IMG/VR virus record: IMGVR_UViG_3300005673_000057
Location: 11,041-75,040 of that record
Length of the DNA: 64,000 bases
Strand: one strand, 5' to 3'
From: a virus
Taxonomy: Duplodnaviria > Caudoviricetes
In this document: positions 55,552 through 63,857 of the stretch, piece after piece
How the letters are laid out: each line of letters opens with the position of its first letter
Position numbering within the stretch: position 1 is the first letter of the stretch
Notes under the pieces: generated by a model
What the model was told of the DNA's origin: nothing
The model's database searches: none
The model's input: the letters and a program-made list of their open reading frames with translations, nothing else
Translations under genes and position numbers: made by a program

Positions 55552-55876
55552 TCTCTTCAGCCTCCAAGGTATCTAGAGCCGCGACGGCAGAGGCCAGCGC
55601 TCCATTCTTTATTAACTCCGCACCGCTCTTGAGCGAGTCCCTGTCCATGCCCATGGCATTGGTTACCATGGCCAAGACTTCGCCACTGAATGAGGTAGCC
55701 ACCGACATGAGAACGGCGGCGATCATCTTGTCTCCCATCTTTTCATCGCCCATGGCTTCCCATCTGGCGACATTGCGCTCGATGGCTTCCCACAATTCAT
55801 CCCGCAAAATCGCCTGCTCCCTCGAAGCACGGACGCGCTGCTCTGCACTTGGCATTTTCATTTCTGATTCTCCCAT
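55535..55876 (-). CDS. Helical hypothetical protein
   Basis: ORF in the packed leftward operon. Confidence 0.5.
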   Translation of the reverse strand: MGESEMKMPSAEQRVRASREQAILRDELWEAIERNVARWEAMGDEKMGDKMIAAVLMSVATSFSGEVLAMVTNAMGMDRDSLKSGAELIKNGALASAVAALDTLEAEENEQRH

Positions 55877-56232
55877 GGGGGGGTGTAGCTATAGCCACGA
55901 ATGGACCGGAACATTTCCAGCGCCATGGCCAGCATATTATCGTGACGCTTTTTCTCTGCCTGAAGAATGGCAACCAGACCGACAAAGAGCACGTCATCGT
56001 CAGTCACATCGTCAGGCTCTGGCTTGTCCTTGTTTTTCATGGCCCCCAGACACATGGCGGCCCCCTGCACGAAGGTTCCTGCCATTTTCTGAGTAACGGC
56101 ATAAATGCCAGCCACACCAGCTATACTGGAAACAAGGTCCAGCGTCGGCGACATGGCCCTGGAAGTATCGGCAAAGACCTTCTTGTATAGGTCTTCAATG
56201 ATCTGCTTTTGCTCTTTCTGACTTTCTTGCAT
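55858..56232 (-). CDS. Helical hypothetical protein
   Basis: GGAGG RBS before ATG at 56232. Confidence 0.5.
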   Translation of the reverse strand: MQESQKEQKQIIEDLYKKVFADTSRAMSPTLDLVSSIAGVAGIYAVTQKMAGTFVQGAAMCLGAMKNKDKPEPDDVTDDDVLFVGLVAILQAEKKRHDNMLAMALEMFRSIRGYSYTPPWENQK

Positions 56233-56254
56233 GTCTTCTTCCTCCACATCCAAT

Positions 56255-56283
56255 TCTTAACCCATTTCGTACTTGACTGTCAA
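56255..56283 (-). promoter_or_regulatory. Leftward promoter inside palindrome TTGAC-T-GTCAA
   Basis: TTGACA-N18-TAAGAA; the exact 13-mer TAACCCATTTCGT at 56258-56270 also occurs at 47644-47656. Confidence 0.5.
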
Positions 56284-56327
56284 GCCCCCTTGTGAGACAG
56301 TACATGCATGAACTCGGGAGATATGAC

Positions 56328-56591
56328 ATGAAGATGGACGAAGCCATTGAGATCAAGAAGGGTAGCGACTGTCCAAACTGCGGCGAGCATCTTGACGCCT
56401 GCTCTGGTGTAGAAGCCCACGGCAAGGCCCCCTCTCCAGGCGATATCACTGTCTGCCTGTACTGCGGCCATCTGATGGCCTTCACCGACATTCTTGGCTT
56501 GCGTGTTCTCACCGAAGCAGAACTCAACGAAGTCTCGGATGATCCACGCATTATGGCGATCCAAGCGGCACGAAAGGATATAGGGCTATGA
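56328..56591 (+). CDS. Zinc-finger protein (CPNC...CLYC)
   Basis: CGGGAG RBS; P-PGD.TVC..CG.L..F...L.R motif. Confidence 0.6.
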   Translation: MKMDEAIEIKKGSDCPNCGEHLDACSGVEAHGKAPSPGDITVCLYCGHLMAFTDILGLRVLTEAELNEVSDDPRIMAIQAARKDIGL

Positions 56592-57148
56592 TTGTGGGAT
56601 ATATGCGTGTTTCCACTCATGGTCAGGACATGGCGCTCCAGAAGGATGCGCTGGAAGCCGCTGGCTGTGAGAAAATCTTCTCCGATGTCATGTCCGGTGC
56701 AAAGACTGATCGCCCCGGCCTCGATGAATGCCTGAAATTCCTACAAAAAGGAGATACCCTTGTTGCATGGAAACTTGACAGGGTTGGCAGGAATCTCCGA
56801 CACCTCGTTAATGTGGTACACGATCTTAGTGATCGCGGTATCGGCTTCCGCATTCTTACTGGTCAAGGAGCCGCCATCGACACGACTACCCCTGCTGGGA
56901 AGCTTGTATTTGGGATATTTGCTAGTCTTGCTGAGTTTGAAAGGGAGCTAATTCGTGAGCGCGTCAATGCCGGTATCAAGGCGGCCAAGGCTCGTGGCGT
57001 CAAGTTCGGCCACAACTCCGTAATTACACCGGATATGATCGAGGCAGCTAAGACTTCTTCCGTGCGCTCGGTCGCGAAGTCTTACGGGGTTTCAAAGAGC
57101 GCCCTTTATTCCGCTTTGGGAAACGAAGATCGGCGCATTTCCATATGA
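56588..57148 (+). CDS. Small serine recombinase (resolvase/invertase, Hin/Pin family)
   Basis: GYMRVST..QD..Q...L...GC..IF-D..SG...RPGL...GDTLV-WKLDR-GR; AEFERELIRER...G..FG; C-terminal HTH. Confidence 0.92.
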   Translation: MIVGYMRVSTHGQDMALQKDALEAAGCEKIFSDVMSGAKTDRPGLDECLKFLQKGDTLVAWKLDRVGRNLRHLVNVVHDLSDRGIGFRILTGQGAAIDTTTPAGKLVFGIFASLAEFERELIRERVNAGIKAAKARGVKFGHNSVITPDMIEAAKTSSVRSVAKSYGVSKSALYSALGNEDRRISI

Positions 57149-57277
57149 AATGACAGCCATAGCAATCTTCTACCACAAAACGAATCTGCCCTGAGAGCGT
57201 GAAAAACTCAGCCACAACTATGCCCTCATAGGTATAGCCCCTGGCTATAACTACAGTCACATTATAAGGTGGCTTGG

Positions 57278-57517
57278 TTACCATTTCAGCACCGGCTGAC
57301 CAGCCCTCGCATGCTCAAGGATAATGGCAAGGGATTCCAGCGTATAGATCGCCCTAGCATACCGCATCTGAGCATCCTTCGGCATGGCTGCCAGCGCAAT
57401 CTCCATCTTGTCAGCCCTGGCATATGACGAGTGCTGTATGGCATGAGCCTTGGTCATGTCGGGCTGCTCCACCATGCGTCGATCTTGGATATCGTAAAGC
57501 TCTGGAAGTTTGATCAT
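57278..57517 (-). CDS. Hypothetical protein
   Basis: MIKLPELYDIQ...; follows the broken HNH gene. Confidence 0.45.
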   Translation of the reverse strand: MIKLPELYDIQDRRMVEQPDMTKAHAIQHSSYARADKMEIALAAMPKDAQMRYARAIYTLESLAIILEHARAGQPVLKW

Positions 57518-57525
57518 AAGTTTTT

Positions 57526-58035
57526 TTATCCTGATTTCATATACTCTCCATAATGGAGAGATGCTGCTTGGCAATAAGCCTCATGAGCCTCCTCAGCGGT
57601 AAGAAAGTATCCTAAAGATATTTGCTTACCGTCATTGGCATAGATATATGCTTGGAATTTCTTCTTTCGCTTGTGATCATTTTTCTCGTACACCCCTTTG
57701 TAGCCTAGACGATTATTACATGGCGTAGTCCTGTTCCAGCTATTTTTCTGACTCGTGGCCTCACGTAGATTGGACCAACGATTATCATGTCAAATATTAT
57801 TGCAATGATCGATTTGCTCATCTGGCCAAGTTCCAGTCATATAGAACCATGCGAGCCTGTGCGCTAAGTATTTTTGTCCATATATCCATACTCGGATATA
57901 CTTATTTCTATCGGGTGCTCCAGCTAGTCCTCCACTTCTGGCTCTGCCGCGATTCTTGCGCCATTTGAACTCGCCAGTCTCTGGACTGTATATGAGATAT
58001 TCACGCAGCTTTTCCTGCGTCAATTCTACGGACAT
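57526..58035 (-). pseudogene. HNH-AP2 endonuclease with in-frame TGA in the HNH motif
   Basis: ...QIDHCNNI*HDNRWSNLREAT...YKGV...SLGYFLTAEEAHEAYCQAASLHYGEY. The stop is at 57790-57792 and the frame continues 88 more codons. Confidence 0.85.
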
Positions 58036-59149
58036 ACGCCTCTCCGACTTTATCGAAGGTATCCTTGATCTGCCGCCTCTGAGTTGAACTAGGGTCGTAC
58101 CCGCATACCTCAAAAGTACACAAGGATACATTATGAAGATGCTCAGCAGTTGGACAATGAGTTTTATATTTGCTAAAAGCCGGGAGATGATAAAGTGGCT
58201 CCACATACCCATAATTCATGGGTACACCCTCTGCTCTCATTGCCTGCACGAACCACTGGCGCTCTCGCTCCACAGTCAGCGCCCACATATAGTAGGCATG
58301 GTCGCAGTCCTCGCGAACCAGCGGCGGCACCAAGCCGGGATAATTGACAACGCACTCAGTCAAAAACTCAGCTAGCTCTCGCCTACCCTCTACCAGCCTC
58401 TTGACCTTGTTGAGTTGGGACAGACAGATCGCGGCCTCAACTTCGGTCATGCGAAGATTAAGCCCCACCGGATAGCCAGCAAGCTCCCCATGATTCCTAG
58501 CCATACGCATAGCATCATCAAGCTTAGGATCATCAGTGAGACAGACTCCACCCTCGCCGCATTGTATGTGTTTATGGCAATTAAAAGAAAAAACACCAAT
58601 GTGACCGATAGTTCCCGCATACTTCTTGCCCTCTCGTGCTAACCATCCCTGTGCATTGTCTTCGATCAAGAATGCATATCCACTCCTTATCTGATTGGAA
58701 TATAATGAAGGATGCCCAAACAGATTAGTTGTGATAACTACGTCTTCCTTATGCCCGCGCCACTCTTCCTGAGTAAATGTCTTTGGCTCCACATCGCAGA
58801 AGTTTATGTTTGCACCTAGAAAGGCCGGAGCCGCCGCAGTCGCGCTCATGGTAAGAGCGGGGACGGAAACGCAGGTTTCCTTCGTTACTCCACAGGCCAT
58901 ACTTGCAATGAGAAGGCCCGAAGTGGCACTGTTACACGCAACCGCGTACTTCGAGCCAAACATCTCGCACATCTGTTGCTCTAGCGCCTGCACCATGAGG
59001 CCGCCATTGCGCTGACCGCCCAGGAAGCCACTCAAGAAACCTCGTTTTATGACCCCAGTGGCTGCGGCAATTTCTTCTGGTCCAATACTATTATAAGGTC
59101 GCAGCGGGCTACTAACGGCAGGTTTCCCCCCATTGATCGCCAGAGTCAT
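58001..59149 (-). CDS. DegT/DnrJ/EryC1/StrS sugar aminotransferase (PseC-like)
   Basis: YAVACNSATSGL, FLIEDNAQG, GVFSFNCHKHIQCGEGG (PLP Lys), NLRMTEVEAAI. Confidence 0.9.
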   Translation of the reverse strand: MTLAINGGKPAVSSPLRPYNSIGPEEIAAATGVIKRGFLSGFLGGQRNGGLMVQALEQQMCEMFGSKYAVACNSATSGLLIASMACGVTKETCVSVPALTMSATAAAPAFLGANINFCDVEPKTFTQEEWRGHKEDVVITTNLFGHPSLYSNQIRSGYAFLIEDNAQGWLAREGKKYAGTIGHIGVFSFNCHKHIQCGEGGVCLTDDPKLDDAMRMARNHGELAGYPVGLNLRMTEVEAAICLSQLNKVKRLVEGRRELAEFLTECVVNYPGLVPPLVREDCDHAYYMWALTVERERQWFVQAMRAEGVPMNYGYVEPLYHLPAFSKYKTHCPTAEHLHNVSLCTFEVCGYDPSSTQRRQIKDTFDKVGEAYVRRIDAGKAA

Positions 59150-59772
59150 AGCAGCATTCCTTTTTGTTGAGCAAAAACGATGGGGTCTAGGGCTCTCTTT
59201 TTGAGATTACAGTCTGGACAAGTTGCTTGGATATTGGTTCTATGATTGGTGCCGCCCCCAGCTAGAGGAACAATGTGATCCACATGAAACTGTTGGCCAA
59301 GAATTTTCCTGCGACAATATGCGCATCTTCCTTTTTGCATCTGCAATATCTCTGCCAAGTCATATTTTGTAAATCTTCCAGGAGCATTCCGCCGTCTTGC
59401 GCCTCTCGTCTTCCACTTTAGTATAGCTTTTTCTGGATGCTTCTTGACATACCGCTTGCCGTACTCGGATAATTTTTCCCTATTCCTATCATTCCATTCT
59501 TTATAATAATCTGGTCTCCTCTCTCTGAATTTTCGCATTTTTTCGCGCTGCTTATCTTTGCCGCCCTCGTAGTAATATTTCTTTCCCAAATCTCTGACGT
59601 GCTGTGGGTCTCTCGCTCTATATCGGCGCACAGCATACTTGCGACAGTCGATGCATGAAAAGTTGTTCACCATTCGATACGTGACGTGCCCCATAGGGCA
59701 CTGTTTCCCGGTAAAATACATTCTCAGTCCAAGTCTGATCGCCTCCTGACGGCTGACCTTAGGACCCAGCAC
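59146..59772 (-). CDS. HNH endonuclease (Cys4, McrA-like C-terminus)
   Basis: YFTGK-CP-GH N-terminus; CAYC...HVDHIVPL..GGTN...NIQ-TC..CNLKK. Confidence 0.85.
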   Translation of the reverse strand: MLGPKVSRQEAIRLGLRMYFTGKQCPMGHVTYRMVNNFSCIDCRKYAVRRYRARDPQHVRDLGKKYYYEGGKDKQREKMRKFRERRPDYYKEWNDRNREKLSEYGKRYVKKHPEKAILKWKTRGARRRNAPGRFTKYDLAEILQMQKGRCAYCRRKILGQQFHVDHIVPLAGGGTNHRTNIQATCPDCNLKKRALDPIVFAQQKGMLL

Positions 59773-59983
59773 GGATCATGTCCTCCATCCGCTTAATGCG
59801 TAACTCGTATGATGCATGATTATCGCCGAGCCACCCGATGCATGCCGGGCATAGATTGAAGTCGGACATGCGCAATCGCTCCCGCACTGGCGGCGGCATC
59901 ATGTCGAAATCATCCATGTACAGCCAGCCTTCGCTGGCCTCAAGACACTTACCCTGAAAGCGCTGGCGCTTATCCTCTTCCAT
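59759..59983 (-). CDS. Hypothetical protein (DUF6525-like)
   Basis: MDDFD-MPPPVRERLR..DFNLCPACI motif. Confidence 0.45.
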   Translation of the reverse strand: MEEDKRQRFQGKCLEASEGWLYMDDFDMMPPPVRERLRMSDFNLCPACIGWLGDNHASYELRIKRMEDMIRAGS

Positions 59984-60139
59984 CTTCTCCTCCACGTTAA
60001 AGAGGGGTGGAGATTCCCGCCCCACCCCTCTGCGCATGGCTACCCTAGCAATAGCCACACTAGCGCGATGTTCGGGCGCACCGCGCCGAAGGAATGTTAT
60101 CGCGAACACCCCTTCTGTGCTGCCCTTAACCGGCCAGCA

Positions 60140-60376
60140 CTATGTCAGCCCTTTGCTTGGGCCCTCTGTGGATTGCTCCACAAAGCTCGTCAGCAAGCCC
60201 GTGATGCGCTTCACTGTACTCATGCGCGCTACCTTGGTCCTGCCCTTGTCCGTGAAGTATTCAGGATGATGCCTGACCGTATCCATGACTGCGCCATCTG
60301 CCAGCTTCCAGATCGCCTTATACAGCGCCTTGGTCTTCTGTGGTGGCGGCTTGTTTCTCCACTTCTTGCGAGCCAT
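60140..60376 (-). CDS. Basic hypothetical protein
   Basis: TGATG coupling. Confidence 0.55.
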   Translation of the reverse strand: MARKKWRNKPPPQKTKALYKAIWKLADGAVMDTVRHHPEYFTDKGRTKVARMSTVKRITGLLTSFVEQSTEGPSKGLT

Positions 60377-60603
60377 CAGATTGCTTTCAAGAGCACCCGA
60401 ACGGCATCCGCGAGGCGGGCACCGTCGTAAACAGTAACGCTACAATTATCAATCGTCCGTAGCCTTCTCTGAGCCTCCCCAGCATCGCATTTGCCAGAGC
60501 GCCGATCAGCAGCGATCTGCTGAATAGCAACGGCCTTCTCTTCCTGCCTCTTGAGATAGGCAAGCCATCGCTCGCACTCTGCCTTGGCTTCGACTAAATT
60601 CAT
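60376..60603 (-). CDS. Hypothetical protein
   Basis: ORF in the packed operon. Confidence 0.5.
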   Translation of the reverse strand: MNLVEAKAECERWLAYLKRQEEKAVAIQQIAADRRSGKCDAGEAQRRLRTIDNCSVTVYDGARLADAVRVLLKAI

Positions 60604-60612
60604 GGAAGAACG

Positions 60613-61485
60613 CTAACCCAATGCGGGCAGCTTGTCAAGCATGGAGCGTAGCTCTTCCACCGAAAGTCTGCGCGCAACGTCGCTGGTATTGCCGTGGTCC
60701 ATGCCCTCGTGGAGCTTTTCGTATTCTGGGAGACCAACAATCTCCATTTTAGCACCCATGGCCTCGGCCAAGTCACCAAGCCTGAATGCTGGCAATATGG
60801 GAATGGCAGGCTTGGATTGTGGCATGGTCTTCAGCGTGTTTAGCACCAAGTCCACAGCCTCGTCAGCCCACATCCAGAAGCGTGTCACCTCGGGGTCGGT
60901 CACGCGCACGGTATCCGTCACCGTTAGCACTTCACGCCAGACCGGAATGACCGAACCTGTAGACCCTGCCACATTACCGTATCTGGTAACTGAGTATCGT
61001 GGCCCACCCCAACCCCTAGTATTGTTAGCAGCCAGCACGATCTGCTCTCCCAGAGCCTTGGTCAGCCCATAGGGCGAGACTGGCTGAAACGCCTTATCGC
61101 TCGATAGATAAACTACCTTCTTGACCCCAGCATCTTTCGCGGCCTCCACCACATTGACCGTGCCATCCACGTTGGTCTTCACCATTTCTGATGGATTATA
61201 GTGCCCCACCTCAATGCGCTTCAGCGCCGCAGCATGCACAACGACTTCAATGCCCTCCATGGCCCGGCGCAAGCGCTCACGATCCCGTACATCGCCAATC
61301 AGAAAGCGCAGAGAGCCTGCCTTATCCAGGCTCCATAGCTCCTTGTTCATGAGGAATTGGCGGTATTCACCACGAGACAGAATGACAATCTTGCGCGGAG
61401 GCTTTTCCCAACTGAGGAGTCTTCGCACCAGATGGTTTGCGAAGAAACCAGAGCCGCCAGTTATGAGGATGCTATCAAATCCCAT
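60613..61485 (-). CDS. pseB: UDP-GlcNAc 4,6-dehydratase (PseB/FlaA1-like)
   Basis: ILITGGSGFF, I-ILSR-E..Q, LRFLIGDVRD..RL..AM-G..VVHAAALK, KTNV-G..NV, SSDKA..P...YG-TKA, TRYGNV-GS-GSVIP. Confidence 0.85.
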   Translation of the reverse strand: MGFDSILITGGSGFFANHLVRRLLSWEKPPRKIVILSRGEYRQFLMNKELWSLDKAGSLRFLIGDVRDRERLRRAMEGIEVVVHAAALKRIEVGHYNPSEMVKTNVDGTVNVVEAAKDAGVKKVVYLSSDKAFQPVSPYGLTKALGEQIVLAANNTRGWGGPRYSVTRYGNVAGSTGSVIPVWREVLTVTDTVRVTDPEVTRFWMWADEAVDLVLNTLKTMPQSKPAIPILPAFRLGDLAEAMGAKMEIVGLPEYEKLHEGMDHGNTSDVARRLSVEELRSMLDKLPALG

Positions 61486-61534
61486 GATAATGCAGTCCCC
61501 CTCTCAATATCTTTTGCAGCTATACGAAGCAGTT

Positions 61535-61930
61535 TCATCCATAGATCGTTGTTTCTTCTGCGGATTTTTGTGATTTTTTCAATTGTGTCCATTTCTTATG
61601 CCTGCTGCGATATTGCGCCATACGCCATTGTCGATAATCTGGTGCTGAATAATATCGGGCAAGCCATTCCCCACAATTCAGCAGTCTGCCAATCTGTGAG
61701 TATGATACATTCAGAGTCCTGAGATACCTCGATATCTCGATCTTGCAATCCAGTAAAGTGCCAGTGGCTCTGGCCATGGTCCTGACTTCAACAAGATCGT
61801 GTCCATACTTGTCCAGTATGGCCTGTACCCCGTCCTCATAGTCGGCGACGGACAGAGACCGCCACGGAGTCCCTCTGCGCAATGGAGCCGTCTTCGATTC
61901 CTGCTGCGATAGATCGTAGAGTATTGTCAT
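61535..61930 (-). CDS. Putative HTH protein (DnaA C-terminal-like); start uncertain
   Basis: EISRYLRTLNVSYSQIGRLLN helix-turn-helix; overlaps the end of the upstream gene. Confidence 0.4.
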   Translation of the reverse strand: MTILYDLSQQESKTAPLRRGTPWRSLSVADYEDGVQAILDKYGHDLVEVRTMARATGTLLDCKIEISRYLRTLNVSYSQIGRLLNCGEWLARYYSAPDYRQWRMAQYRSRHKKWTQLKKSQKSAEETTIYG

Positions 61931-63857
61931 ACGCTCGCACCACTCGCTTGATTTCGTTGTCCCGATGCATGAAGCCCAGATTGTTGCTATTGATTATCAG
62001 GACCCCGTTCTTTGCCATTTCTTCTCTAAATAAAGCTGCGATCTGACTGCCTCGCGCTTCGCCTGCATCCTCAAAACTAAATCGGGTGAGCCCTTGCAGA
62101 TAATGGCACACCATAGGAACATCGTGCTTGAGAATAAGGCGGAACATCTCGCCGTTGAGAAAAGCATTCTGGCTACGAATAGTCTCCACCACATTCTTTC
62201 TCTCCAGTTTATCAATACAGGCTATCGCAGCCGCGATACTAAGGCACTCGCCTTGGAATGTGCCAGAGTAGAAGATATTATCCGGCGGCTCCATCAAGCT
62301 CATGATATCGCGCCTGCCGCCAATGGCACTGATCGGCATCCCATTGGCCATGGCCTTAGAGATGCATGTCAAGTCAGGCTTGATGCCAAAGTGGCCCTGA
62401 GCCCCTCCCATGCCCCAGCGCGGCCATGTGATGATCTCGTCAAAGATCAGAATGGCGCCAGTCTCGTCGCACACATCGCGCAAGACCTGTAGAAATTCTG
62501 GATTGTCTTCCGGCTCTACGATGACACAGGCGTAATTTTCTGTTTTGATTTCTCGGATGGCATCTTCACAGTCGCCATGTTGTAGATTTCGTGCGAAAAT
62601 CCGAAAAGCAGCAGGAACGCCGCGACCACGATCACCAAAATCGCCAACAAAATCAGACCCCCAACCATGGTAACCACTGCTAAGAATGCCAGCACGCCCA
62701 GTATGGGCACGAGCAAGACGAACAGCAACAGTCGTAGCATCTGAGCCATTCTTCCCAAACCTCACCATCTCCATAGAAGGCAGGTGACCCTGTATTCGAG
62801 TCGCCAGTTGCCATTCTAATTCGGTTGCAAGGGAGAGTGTAACGCCGGAATCTAGTTGAGTGCGAACGGCGCGGTCAACGTCAGGATCGCGATAGCCAAG
62901 TATGACAGGCAAAAGCCCAGCCATGCAGTCCACGTACTCATTGCCGTCAATGTCATAGATGTAAGCACCGTCGCCATGCGAGACAAAACGCGGCGACTCT
63001 CCTGGAAATTGCACATAGCTCTTGGAGAACGTCTGTGCGCCAAGGGGAATGATCTCCCTTGCCCGCGCAAGAGCCTTCTCGGAGCGCGGATATGAGTACG
63101 TTCCTAGCTCTTCACTGTTAATGCCCTCATAGAAACGCTCATTTCGTGGGTGATGATTGTTGATGAAGCGAAGATTTGGCTCCTTATCGAGGATATTCAA
63201 GATATCTAGGTAGGAGCCATTCCAGTTCGACGGCAGTCTCTCGGCGATTTTCTGACAAAACTGCATGTCGTTGAGGGTATCGAGTACCCAGCGCTCCTCA
63301 TGCAGCCCTGGAATGGGGCAAGTCAGGGTCGCAGACTTAAATCTGGACCTGTTTCTTGCCATAAATCGCGTCACACAGTCGCGATCTGACCCCCTAGTGG
63401 CCTCCTTGTGCGCGATTTCCAGTAATTCCCGTGAGAAAATCTCAACATCGAGGCCATCCGGCCATGTCGGAGGGTCAATATTAGACGCATACTGCGCTCC
63501 AGCAGTCTTTCTGAGGCGAATTACCTCGCCAATGACCTGCGGATCGTGAAATGGGCAGTCGCCAGTGAGACGAAGCAGAAAATCAGGCTTGAAGTCATCC
63601 ACAACCTGCATAAATCTTGAAATAACATCGCTTTCGGAGCCGATAACTCCACGGATTCCCCACTCCACACTTTTATTTACAATAATGTCGTCGCTGGGCT
63701 GGTAAGACGTTGCCACAATCACCTCATCCACACCCGGCGCAGCTTGAGCGGCGTCAATGACCCATTTTAGTACGGGCTTGCCATTAAGGTTTTGGAGGAC
63801 TTTTCCTGGAAGACGCGAAGAACCCATCCTCGCCTGTATGACTGCTACCGTCTTCAT
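61836..63857 (-). CDS. SpsF/PseF-type cytidylyltransferase fused to class III (GSA-like) aminotransferase
   Basis: IQARMGSSRLPGKVL...RLTGDCPF-DP...WPDGLDVE...RW-LDT..D; then GAQTFSK...G...YD-DGNEY-D...FGKNGSDAT..AVRLAR..TGR...LIFDEI...SKAMANG-PISA. Confidence 0.88.
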   Translation of the reverse strand: MKTVAVIQARMGSSRLPGKVLQNLNGKPVLKWVIDAAQAAPGVDEVIVATSYQPSDDIIVNKSVEWGIRGVIGSESDVISRFMQVVDDFKPDFLLRLTGDCPFHDPQVIGEVIRLRKTAGAQYASNIDPPTWPDGLDVEIFSRELLEIAHKEATRGSDRDCVTRFMARNRSRFKSATLTCPIPGLHEERWVLDTLNDMQFCQKIAERLPSNWNGSYLDILNILDKEPNLRFINNHHPRNERFYEGINSEELGTYSYPRSEKALARAREIIPLGAQTFSKSYVQFPGESPRFVSHGDGAYIYDIDGNEYVDCMAGLLPVILGYRDPDVDRAVRTQLDSGVTLSLATELEWQLATRIQGHLPSMEMVRFGKNGSDATTVAVRLARAHTGRAGILSSGYHGWGSDFVGDFGDRGRGVPAAFRIFARNLQHGDCEDAIREIKTENYACVIVEPEDNPEFLQVLRDVCDETGAILIFDEIITWPRWGMGGAQGHFGIKPDLTCISKAMANGMPISAIGGRRDIMSLMEPPDNIFYSGTFQGECLSIAAAIACIDKLERKNVVETIRSQNAFLNGEMFRLILKHDVPMVCHYLQGLTRFSFEDAGEARGSQIAALFREEMAKNGVLIINSNNLGFMHRDNEIKRVVRAYDNTLRSIAAGIEDGSIAQRDSVAVSVRRRL

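Noticed and set aside
57790-57792. Genome-wide TGA recoding suggested by the in-frame TGA
   Set aside because: Many intact genes end in TGA, often in ATGA overlaps, and no other gene is interrupted. A single nonsense mutation is simpler.
58001-63857. Host chromosomal LPS/flagellar glycosylation locus at a prophage boundary
   Set aside because: The sugar genes are interleaved and overlap-coupled with HNH and small phage genes, with no flanking housekeeping genes or att site.
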